This document shows, piece after piece, positions 7,212 to 14,924 of a stretch of 32,000 nt of DNA. Below the pieces are notes generated by a model, which saw only the letters and a program-made list of their open reading frames with translations, had not been told where the DNA came from and searched no databases. This DNA is from Cereibacter sphaeroides 2.4.1 (GTDB taxonomy: Bacteria > Pseudomonadota > Alphaproteobacteria > Rhodobacterales > Rhodobacteraceae): positions 2,280,001-2,312,000 of the forward strand of contig NC_007493.2 in the NCBI RefSeq assembly GCF_000012905.2. Reading direction: 5' to 3'. Position 1 is the stretch's first letter. Each line of letters begins with the position of its first letter. The translations under genes and the position numbers were made by a program.

Positions 7212-8381
7212 GTGTCGCTGCCCCGCCTCTTCCTCGCCCTGATCCTGAGCCTCGTGACCGCGCTGCCTGCGCTGGCCTTCGACACGCGCGCCCGCGCGGC
7301 CTGGGTCTATGACGTGACCACCCACACGGTGCTGCTCGACAAGAACGCGCACGAGCCGCTGCCGCCGGCCTCGATGTCCAAGCTCATGACGCTGAACATG
7401 CTGTTCGAGGCGCTGCGCGACGGGCGTGTGACGATGGAGACCACCTTCGCCGTCTCGACCAAGGCCAAGCAGATGGGCGGGTCGAAGATGTTCGTCGAGG
7501 AGCGCGACCGGCCCACCGTCGAGGAGCTGATCCACGGCATCATCGTGAACTCGGGCAACGACGCCTGCGTGGTTGTGGCCGAGGGGCTGAACGGCACCGA
7601 AAGCGACTTCGCCCGCGCCATGACTGTCCGCGCCAAGGCGCTGGGGATGACCGACTCGACCTTCACCAACTCCTCGGGCTGGCCCGACCCCGGCCACCGG
7701 ATGAGCGTGCACGATCTGGGCATCCTCGCGGTGCGGCTGATCGAGGAATTCCCGGAGTTCTATCCCTATTTCTCGCACACCGAGTTCAACTACAAGGACC
7801 GGGTCCCCTCGAACGCCAACAACCGCAACCCGCTGCTGCGCCTCGGGCCGAACGGCGACTGGACGGCGGACGGGCTGAAGACCGGGCACACGCAGGAGGC
7901 GGGCTACGGCCTCGTGGGCTCGGCGGTGCAGAAGGACGGCCGCCGCATCGTCTTCGTGCTGACCGGCCTCGCGACCGAGGCCGACCGGGCGCAGGAAGGC
8001 GAGCAGATCGTGAACTGGGCCTTTCGCCAGTTCGTCCAGAAGACGCTGGTGACCAAGGGCCAGCGCGTGACCGAGGCCGATGTCTGGCTCGGCAATGCCT
8101 CGCGCGTGGGGCTGGTGCCGGCCGAGGATGTGAAGCTCCTCGTGCCCGCGCTGGTGCAGGACAATGTGACGGCCGAGGTGAGCTACACGGGGCCGCTCCG
8201 CGCGCCGATCGCCGCCGGTCAGGAGCTGGCCGAGCTAGTGATCCATGTGCCCGACCTGCCCGACACGCGGGTGCCGCTGGTGGCCGAGGGCAGCATCGGC
8301 AGCGGCGGGCTGCAGGTGCGGCTGATGACGGCGGCGAAGGTGCTCTATCGCCGCTTCATGGAGGAGGCGCCGGCCACCTGA
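7212..8381 (+). CDS. D-alanyl-D-alanine carboxypeptidase, PBP5/6 family (peptidase S11)
   Basis: GTG start and a signal peptide. The active-site triad of motifs is present: SMSK (SxxK), SGN, KTG. A C-terminal PBP5-type domain is also present. Confidence 0.88.
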   Translation: MSLPRLFLALILSLVTALPALAFDTRARAAWVYDVTTHTVLLDKNAHEPLPPASMSKLMTLNMLFEALRDGRVTMETTFAVSTKAKQMGGSKMFVEERDRPTVEELIHGIIVNSGNDACVVVAEGLNGTESDFARAMTVRAKALGMTDSTFTNSSGWPDPGHRMSVHDLGILAVRLIEEFPEFYPYFSHTEFNYKDRVPSNANNRNPLLRLGPNGDWTADGLKTGHTQEAGYGLVGSAVQKDGRRIVFVLTGLATEADRAQEGEQIVNWAFRQFVQKTLVTKGQRVTEADVWLGNASRVGLVPAEDVKLLVPALVQDNVTAEVSYTGPLRAPIAAGQELAELVIHVPDLPDTRVPLVAEGSIGSGGLQVRLMTAAKVLYRRFMEEAPAT

Positions 8382-8393
8382 GCCGGCGGACCG

Positions 8394-9047
8394 ATGGGCG
8401 CGCAGGGCTTCTTTCTCGCGGTCGAGGGGATCGACGGCTCCGGCAAGTCCGGGATCGTCCGGTCTCTGGCGGCGCATCTCGGGGCGGAGGGCCGCGACGT
8501 GCTCGTCACGCGCGAGCCGGGCGGCACCCCCGAGGGCGAGGCCATCCGCGGGCTGGTGCTCGCCGGCGCCGACGAGGCGTGGGATCCGATGGCGGAGCTC
8601 CTGCTGATGACCGCCGCGCGCGTCCAGCATGTCCGCCGCGTGATCGCGCCCGCGCTGGCGCAGGGCCGGGTCGTGATTTCGGACCGCTATGCGGGCTCGA
8701 CGCTGGCCTATCAGGGCACCGGGCGCGGCCTCTCCGAGGCGTTCATCCGCACGCTCCATGCCGAGGCCACGGGCGATCTCTGGCCGGATCTGACGCTCGT
8801 CCTCGATCTCGAGGCGGGCATCGGCCTCGCCCGCAGCCGCCGGAGGCTCACCGGCGAGACGCTGGACGAAGGCCGGTTCGAGAGCCTCGATCTGGCCTTC
8901 CACGAGCGCATCCGCGCGGCCTTCCTCGCGCAGGCTGCCCGCGACCCCGGCCGCCATGCAGTGATCGATGCCTCGGGCACGCCCGAGGAAGTGCAGGCCC
9001 GGGCCTGTGCGGCGCTGGCGCCGTTCCTCGCGCAGGCGCCGGTCTGA
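8394..9047 (+). CDS. tmk: thymidylate kinase
   Basis: [15 protein letters not shown]-loop, TREPGGT, DRY..ST.AYQG; 217 aa. Confidence 0.9.
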   Translation: MGAQGFFLAVEGIDGSGKSGIVRSLAAHLGAEGRDVLVTREPGGTPEGEAIRGLVLAGADEAWDPMAELLLMTAARVQHVRRVIAPALAQGRVVISDRYAGSTLAYQGTGRGLSEAFIRTLHAEATGDLWPDLTLVLDLEAGIGLARSRRRLTGETLDEGRFESLDLAFHERIRAAFLAQAARDPGRHAVIDASGTPEEVQARACAALAPFLAQAPV

Positions 9048-9226
9048 CGGACCCGGTCGCGGAATCGGGCCCGGATCGCCTTTCCCCGGATCGCTGAAGA
9101 TCGGCGGTCTCGCCCCTGCCCTGCGCCGCGCATCTGCCTCGGTAGGCCGGGATCGCATCCGCAGCCGAGCCCCCGTCTCACTCAGCCCAGAAAAGCCTGC
9201 CCATCCAAGGCGGTCGCCGGATCGTC

Positions 9227-9841
9227 TCAGCCTGTCCGCGCCGCGAGGCGGAGAGCGTGGCTCGGGTCGGAGGCGGCCGCGGGAAGGACCGGATCGTAGG
9301 CCGCGCGGATCACCGAGGCGATCTCGGGCCGCAGGATCAGCGTCTCGCCCGCGCGCGCCAGCGGAGAGCTCTCGGCGAAGGCACGCTCGGACCAGAGCAG
9401 CATCGATTGCACCGCCTGCGTGAGCGCCAGCGCCTCGGCCGGCATCGCCGAGAGATGCGCGTCCATCCGCAGGAAGACGAAGCAGGCGCGGATCGCTCCT
9501 TCGGCATCGAAGCGGAAATGGCGATACTGGTTTGCCCCCGCCGCCGCCAGCCGCGCACAGAGCGGCCCGAGATCGGGGATCATCCGGTCGAGGTTCGGCA
9601 CCTCCGGCAGCTCCTCCCAGTCGCGGAAGAAGAAGATCATGAGATTGACGCCGAGTTCGGGATCGGTCTCCGCCATCCGGTGCCCGGCAAGCGCGACCAC
9701 CGCCTCGACCGCGCCCTTGACGGTGGCGAGCGTGGCCTCCTCGACGCCGAACACGACGGGCACGAGCGGCCGGCCCCAGCGCGCGAACCGGAAGCGCCCC
9801 TCCGCGTCGGTGAAGAGCGCCTCGACGTCCGAAGGTGTCAT
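9227..9841 (-). CDS. hypothetical protein (no family recognised)
   Basis: ORF 9227..9898 trimmed to the ATG at 9841 (MTPSDVEALF...), which has GGGGAGGG upstream. G/C-rich third positions support coding. The opposite-strand ORF 9257..9925 is Arg-rich antisense noise. Confidence 0.6.
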   Translation of the reverse strand: MTPSDVEALFTDAEGRFRFARWGRPLVPVVFGVEEATLATVKGAVEAVVALAGHRMAETDPELGVNLMIFFFRDWEELPEVPNLDRMIPDLGPLCARLAAAGANQYRHFRFDAEGAIRACFVFLRMDAHLSAMPAEALALTQAVQSMLLWSERAFAESSPLARAGETLILRPEIASVIRAAYDPVLPAAASDPSHALRLAARTG

Positions 9842-10141
9842 GGCCGCCCTCCCCTGCCGTTCGAGGCGGGACATAGGATCTTTCCGCCGCACAGGCAACC
9901 GGGGCGGCTCCGGCGGGACCTATGAGCTTGGCAGCGCAGGAGACGCATCCTCGGGGCGCGGGATCCTTGCGCCGAGCCTGCAGCTCCTCCCCGTGCCATG
10001 GCGATCCGGTCTGCAGCGCCACGACTGTCGCCGTCCGCACGGCGCAGAGGCTCACCGCCGGCACTCCCCCGAAGATCGTCTCGGAGCGATTGACTCGCCC
10101 GGATCCGCCCGGACAGGATGGCGGCCTGATCGGAGAGACCC

Positions 10142-10483
10142 ATGCCGCTTGCGACCACCTACGCCTTCCTCGTCCTTGCGATCCTTGCCGAAGTCGTGGC
10201 CACCACGGCGCTCGCGCGCTCGGACGGGTTCACCCGGCTCTGGCCCAGCGTCGTCACCGTGGTGGGCTATGCGATCGCCTTCGGCTGCCTCTCGGTCACG
10301 CTGAAGGTGATGCCCACGGGCATCGTCTATGCGGTCTGGTCGGGGCTCGGCATCGTCTTCATCGCGGCCATCGGCTGGATCGTCTATGGCGAGCGGCTGG
10401 ACCTGCCGGCGATCCTCGGCCTCGGCCTGATCCTCTTGGGCGTGCTGGTGGTGAACCTCTTTTCCAAGACCATCCCGCACTAG
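10142..10483 (+). CDS. small multidrug resistance (SMR) transporter, EmrE/Qac type
   Basis: 113 aa with four TM helices and a membrane-embedded Glu (AILAEVV). FTRLWPS, PTGIVYAVWSGLG and GERLDLPAI are nearly colinear with EmrE-type SMR proteins. Confidence 0.88.
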   Translation: MPLATTYAFLVLAILAEVVATTALARSDGFTRLWPSVVTVVGYAIAFGCLSVTLKVMPTGIVYAVWSGLGIVFIAAIGWIVYGERLDLPAILGLGLILLGVLVVNLFSKTIPH

Positions 10484-10752
10484 CCGAGCCCGTGCCGGCC
10501 GCATGAGGCGAACGACGCGAGGCGCCTGCGCGCGGCCGCGGCGAGGCCCCGCGGGCTTGCCACGAGGCAGAACCGCTTGCCCGGGGCGACGCCTGCGTCA
10601 GTCATGCCGTCTGAGGCCGGTAGCCCCATTTGCGTCGATTTGAAGCCCGGGCGAGGGGCAATGCGGGGCGGGCGAAACCGACGTCGCGCCCGATCCGGGC
10701 AAAGCCCGCCTCTCGGGTGCGTCACCGCAGGCCACCGCCAGGGCCCTCTGCC

Positions 10753-11778
10753 TCAGCCGAAGAGATCCGACTGCCCCGGCCCCTTCGGCGGCTCGATCCC
10801 CATGTGACGCCAGGCCTTGTGCGCCAGCATCCGGCCGCGAGGCGTGCGCTGGATCAGGCCCTGCTGCAGCAGATAGGGCTCGATCACCTCCTCGACCGCG
10901 TCGCGGCTTTCGGACAGGGCGGCGGCGATGGTCTCGATGCCCACCGGCCCGCCGCCGTAATTCTCGGCGATGAGGCCGATATAGCGCCGGTCGCCGAGGT
11001 CGAGCCCCAGATGGTCCACCCCGAGCCGGGTCAGCGCGCGGTCGGCGATCGCCTGCGTGAGCCGCCCGTCCCCCTCGACCAGCGCGAAATCGACCACCCG
11101 GCGCAAGAGGCGACCCGCGATCCGCGGCGTGCCGCGCGCGCGGCGGGCGATCTCGCGCGTGCCCTCGGGGTCGCTGTCCACGCCCATCATGCGCGCGCCC
11201 CGCGCCACGATCAGGTCGAGCTCGTCCTCGGTGTAGAACTGGAGCCGCGTGGGAATGCCGAACCTGTCGCGCAGGGGCGTGGTCAGCAGGCCTAGCCGCG
11301 TCGTGGCCCCCACCAGCGTGAAGGGCTGCAGGTCGATCCGCACCGTCCGCGCCGCCGGCCCCTCGCCGATCACGAGATCCAGCGCGAAATCCTCGAGCGC
11401 GGGATAGAGCACCTCCTCGACCACGGGCGAGAGCCGGTGGATCTCGTCGATGAAGAGCACGTCGCGCGGCTCAAGGTTGGTGAGGATCGCGGCGAGGTCG
11501 CCCGGCTTGGCCAGCACCGGGCCCGAGGTCATGCGGAATCCCACCCCCAGCTCGCGCGCCATGATCTGCGCGAGCGTGGTCTTGCCGAGGCCCGGCGGGC
11601 CGTGGAAGAGCGTGTGATCCATCGCTTCGCCGCGCATCCGGGCGCTCTCGATGAAGACGCGCAGATTGGCGCGCGCCTCGGCCTGCCCCACGAATTCCTC
11701 GAGCGACTGCGGGCGCAGCGCGCGGTCCATGTCTTCGGGCAGCCGCTCGGGGCGAAGGGTCGGATCGGAACTTGTCAT
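10753..11778 (-). CDS. ruvB: Holliday junction branch migration helicase RuvB
   Basis: The 409-aa track ORF was trimmed to the ATG at 11778 ([11 protein letters not shown]...), giving 341 aa. Walker [16 protein letters not shown] and the sensor regions are present. Confidence 0.93.
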   Translation of the reverse strand: MTSSDPTLRPERLPEDMDRALRPQSLEEFVGQAEARANLRVFIESARMRGEAMDHTLFHGPPGLGKTTLAQIMARELGVGFRMTSGPVLAKPGDLAAILTNLEPRDVLFIDEIHRLSPVVEEVLYPALEDFALDLVIGEGPAARTVRIDLQPFTLVGATTRLGLLTTPLRDRFGIPTRLQFYTEDELDLIVARGARMMGVDSDPEGTREIARRARGTPRIAGRLLRRVVDFALVEGDGRLTQAIADRALTRLGVDHLGLDLGDRRYIGLIAENYGGGPVGIETIAAALSESRDAVEEVIEPYLLQQGLIQRTPRGRMLAHKAWRHMGIEPPKGPGQSDLFG

Positions 11779-11798
11779 GCGCTCGCTCGGATTTGCCG

Positions 11799-11813
11799 GA
11801 ACATTCCTCGAAC
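11799..11813 (-). promoter_or_regulatory. alphaproteobacterial LexA (SOS) box GTTC-N7-GTTC upstream of ruvB
   Basis: The minus strand reads GTTC-GAGGAAT-GTTC, ending 21 nt before the ruvB ATG, inside the 64-nt htpX-ruvB spacer. It overlaps a possible TTGCAT-N17-GAATGT promoter. Confidence 0.55.
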
Positions 11814-11842
11814 GGGCCGGCGGATGCAAGCAGGAAGCGCCA

Positions 11843-12745
11843 TCAGCTCCACGGACCGCGGCGCGCGGCCACGCGGGGAATGCGCGAGGCCTGCGGCGCG
11901 CCCTCGGCCATGGCGCGGAGCGCCGCGATCCGGTTGGCGGTGTTCGGGTGGGTCGCGAACAGCCGGTCGTGGCCCATCGCATGAAGCGGGTTCACGATGA
12001 ACATGTGCGCCGTCGCGGGGTTACGCTCGGCCCGGACATTGTCGATGCGCTGCGCGAGCCCCTCGATCTTGCCCAGCGCCGAGGCGAGCCAGAGCGGACG
12101 GCCGCAGATCTCGGCGCCGATCCGGTCCGCCTCATATTCGCGCGACCGCGAGATCGCCATCTGCACGAGACCCGCCGCCAGCGGCGCGAGGAACATCAGC
12201 GCGAGCGTGCCCACGAGGCCCATCGGCCGCTCGCCCTCCTCGTTCGAGCTGCCGCCGAAGAAGAAGGCGAAGTTGGCGAGCATCGAGATCGCGCCGGCGA
12301 AGGTCGCGGTCACGGTCATCAGCAGCGTGTCGCGGTTCCGGATATGGGCGAGCTCGTGCGCCACCACGCCCGCCACCTCTTCCGGGGTCAGCGCCCGCAG
12401 AAGGCCCCGCGTGACCGCCACCGCAGCATTCTCGGGGTTGCGCCCGGTGGCGAAGGCGTTGGGCTGGTCGGTCTCGATCAGATAGAGCTTCGGCATCGGC
12501 ATCCCGGCCCGGTCGGCCAGCCCCCGGACCATGTTGTAGAGATCCGGGGCCGCGCGCGGGTCCACCTCATGCGCGCCATGCATCGAGAGCACGGCCCGGT
12601 CCGAATTCCAGAAGGTGAAGAGGTTCATGCCCGCGGCGATCACGAGCGCGATGATCGCGCCGCTCTGCCCGCCGATGAGCGCCCCGACGCCGAGGAACAG
12701 CGCCGTCATGACCGCCATCAGGATGCCTGTGCGAACGTATCCCAT
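11843..12745 (-). CDS. htpX: zinc metalloprotease HtpX (peptidase M48)
   Basis: Track ORF trimmed to the ATG at 12745 ([10 protein letters not shown]...), with GAGGGAGAAG upstream; 300 aa. TM helices, [10 protein letters not shown] (HExxH) and SREYEAD are present. Confidence 0.9.
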
Positions 12746-12777
12746 GGATGCTTCTCCCTCACCGGAAACCGTTGCAG

Positions 12778-12806
12778 ATATGGCCCCGCGGAGCCTCTCC
12801 AGCAAG
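12778..12806 (-). promoter_or_regulatory. candidate sigma-32-family (RpoH-like) promoter of htpX
   Basis: The minus strand reads CTTG-N18 (counted from TTG)-GCCATATCT. It lies about 30 nt upstream of the htpX ATG, in the 118-nt ruvA-htpX spacer. Confidence 0.4.
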
Positions 12807-12863
12807 ATCGGCGGGGCCCTCGCGGTTCCCTGCCCGGCAGCCGCGGGCGGGGGCGGGATCGGG

Positions 12864-13538
12864 TTATGACTTCGGCGCGAGCAGCTTCAGGGCGGCCCGG
12901 ATCAGCGCGGCCGTATCGGCGTCCGGGCTCTCGCCTGCGGCCTGCGCGACGGCCTGCGCCGCATCGGTCGGCTGGTAGCCGAGATTGGCGAGGGCCGAGA
13001 GCGCGTCGGCCGTGTGGCTGGGCCGCGGCGGCTCGGGCGCGCGGGTCTTGCGGCGGCTGCCGGACGACGTGCCGGGCTCGGGCTCCGGGGGCTCGGAGGG
13101 CGCCAGCGCCGCCGTGCCGCCGCCCATTGCCATCAGCGCAGGCGCCTTGCTCTTCAGCTCCAGCACCACCCGCTGCGCGATCTTGGGCCCGATCCCTGGC
13201 GCGGCCTGGATCGAGCGCGCATCGCCGAGCGTGATCGCCCGCGCGGTCCCTTCCGCCCCGAGGGCGCCGAGGATCGCCATGCCGGCCTTGGCCCCCACGC
13301 CCTGCACCGTCATCAGCAGCCGATGCCATTCCTTCTCGATCATCGTGGGGAAGCCGAAGAGCTGCAGCAGATCCTCGCGCACCACGAGCTCGGTATAGAG
13401 AGCGACCCCCTCGCCCAGACCCGGCATCGAGGCCAGCGTCCGGTCCGAGACATAGACGATGTAGCCCACGCCGCGGACGTCGATCAGCACATGATCCGGG
13501 CCGCGGAAGTCGAGGATCCCCGCCACCTTGCCGATCAT
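12864..13538 (-). CDS. ruvA: Holliday junction DNA helicase subunit RuvA
   Basis: Track ORF trimmed to the ATG at 13538 ([11 protein letters not shown]...), giving 224 aa. GVGYIVYVS and the HhH motifs ([21 protein letters not shown]) are present. There is an ATGA overlap with the ruvC stop. Confidence 0.92.
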
Positions 13539-14041
13539 CGCGCGGCCCTCGCCAGTGCGGCCTCGAGCCGGCCGGAGGACTGCACATGGTGCGCATGGCA
13601 GATCGCGACCGCGAGCGCGTCGGCCGCGTCGGGACCTGCAAGGTGAACGCCCGGCAGATGCAGCCGCACCATGTGCTGGATCTGCTCCTTGGCGGCATGG
13701 CCCACGCCGACCACGGTCTTCTTCACCGCGTTCGGGGCATATTCGCCGACCGCCAGCCCCGCCTGCGCCGGAACGAGGAGCGCGATCCCCCGCGCTTGCC
13801 CGAGTTTCAGCGTCGCCACACCGTCCTTGTTGACGAACGTATGCTCGACGGCCGCCGTGTCGGGCTGAAAGCGCGCCAGCACATCGGTCAGCTGGCCGTG
13901 CAGCGACAGAAGCCGATGCGCCAGATCGCCCGAATCGGAGTGGCAGATTCCGTTTGCGACATGAGCCAGACGCGTGCCCGACACGTCGATCACCCCCCAT
14001 CCCATGTTCCGCAGACCGGGGTCGATGCCCAGAACCCTCAT
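13535..14041 (-). CDS. ruvC: crossover junction endodeoxyribonuclease RuvC
   Basis: Trimmed to [18 protein letters not shown]... at 14041. The acidic catalytic residues sit in GIDPG, ..EHTFVNK.. and ..[12 protein letters not shown]. Confidence 0.9.
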
Positions 14042-14274
14042 GTCGCCCCCTGCTTCGCGTTGCCGCAAGGGCTAGCACGAAGCGGGAACACCTGCCAGCA
14101 CCTTCCGCGTCCCGCACGGCGCCACGGCGCGAAAGCCGCAGCCATGGTCGAAAAACGACACTTCTTCCGCGTGATACGACGACGGGGCCGTTCCGACCAA
14201 GCGCCCGGGATACAAGACATTTTCATGAATTGGAGCCTTGCGTTTTCTGCAATGCGGCATTGCTCCGGAACCAA

Positions 14275-14302
14275 TTGCCGACATCAAGCCGCCGGCTTAT
14301 TT
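14275..14302 (+). promoter_or_regulatory. weak candidate RpoH-like promoter of the DUF1127 gene
   Basis: TTG-N18-CTTATTT lies inside a ~50% GC block (hand count 30/60 and 32/60 for 14221-14340), about 60 nt upstream of the ATG. Confidence 0.2.
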
Positions 14303-14360
14303 GCCTGTTCAGACGCAGCGATGCTGTGATCTTCAGCAGTTTGAAAAAAGGACAGACGCC

Positions 14361-14573
14361 ATGGCCGCCTTCGAGACGACCCGCCCGGCGCCCTTCGGCG
14401 CCATCTCCACCTTCCACTTCGTGCAGCGCATGAGCGACCTCCTCGCCACCGTCGTGGCCTGGAACGACGCCCGCGCCACCCGCGCGGCGCTGTCGAAGCT
14501 CAGCGATCGCGAGCTCGACGACATCGGTCTCTGCCGCGGCGATATCGATGACATCTGCGCGCTCCGCCGCTGA
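14361..14573 (+). CDS. DUF1127 domain small protein (70 aa)
   Basis: Track ORF trimmed to the ATG at 14361, with AAGGA upstream. The C-terminal RAALSKLSDRELDDIGLCRGDIDDI is the DUF1127 signature (L..LSD..L.DIG..R.DI). Confidence 0.8.
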   Translation: MAAFETTRPAPFGAISTFHFVQRMSDLLATVVAWNDARATRAALSKLSDRELDDIGLCRGDIDDICALRR

Positions 14574-14615
14574 GGGCCCGCAGAGGACGGGACGCTCTCT
14601 CCCGGACCATCTGCC

Positions 14616-14652
14616 AAAGGCCGCTCCCCACCGGGACGCGGCCTTTTCCTTT
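14616..14652 (+). terminator. rho-independent terminator after the DUF1127 gene (also readable on the other strand)
   Basis: AAAGGCCGC-N13-GCGGCCTTT forms a perfect 9-bp stem, with inner CCC/GGG pairing possible, and is followed by TTTTCCTTT. Confidence 0.7.
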
Positions 14653-14924
14653 GCCTGAGAGCGATCGGCGCCCGGGGAGAAGCCCCTCGTGCAGCCGCGC
14701 CACGAGGCCGGCCGCCGGATCGGGGCGCAGGAGCAGGCTGCCCCGCCGAAGCCCACACCGACACCGCCGTTTCCGGCCGAAGGCGGCATGGCCGCCGAGC
14801 GCGGCAGAAAGCGGACAACGTCCCGTGAAAGCAGGAAGCCTGCGCCACACCATCGGCGGCGCCGTGGATTTTCACGCGCCGGGCGCGCCCGGGATCCGCG
14901 CGCTTGCCCGGGCCGCGCCGATGC

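Noticed and set aside
9070-9094. Direct repeat CCGGATCGC twice, 16 nt apart, downstream of tmk, with a third CCGGATCG at 9218
   Set aside because: These are short, GC-rich motifs with no flanking inverted repeats or target duplications. They are compatible with chance in this composition, so I do not call a repeat element.
10085-10141. Guanidine riboswitch upstream of the SMR gene: duplicated CCCGGA, a CCGCC-CGGACAGGAU-GGCGG hairpin reminiscent of the guanidine-III loop CGGUCAGGA, then the SD
   Set aside because: The element is too short and the two CCGG blocks are 11 nt apart rather than about 20 nt. No ACGR-loop hairpin pair (guanidine-II) or CUAGGG/GGUCCGAGAG core (guanidine-I) is present. 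The transporter is EmrE/Qac type rather than the Gdx/SugE type normally under guanidine control. A cmscan against RF00442, RF01068 and RF01763 would settle it.
10753-12805. Extended track ORFs for ruvB (409 aa) and htpX (320 aa) that would overlap the upstream genes
   Set aside because: The N-terminal extensions are low-complexity and overlap htpX and the spacer. Internal ATGs at 11778 and 12745 give canonical-length proteins. The ATG at 12745 is preceded by a good SD (GAGGGAGAAG); the SD before the ruvB ATG at 11778 is weak.
14144-14329. 61-aa ORF ([15 protein letters not shown]...) in the ruvC / DUF1127 spacer
   Set aside because: It is full of codons that are rare elsewhere in the window (ATA, CGA, AAA, CAA, TTA), has no RBS, and is the tail of a long antisense frame through ruvC. 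It more likely reflects the AT-rich promoter/leader of the DUF1127 gene.
14574-14924. CcsR-type sRNA array or SRP/4.5S RNA downstream of the DUF1127 gene (GTGAAAGCAGGAAGCC looked faintly SRP-like)
   Set aside because: No CCTCCTCCC loop motifs or repeated about 70-nt units are present. The invariant SRP domain IV sequence (GGAAGGAAGCAGCC-like with its symmetric partner) is also absent.
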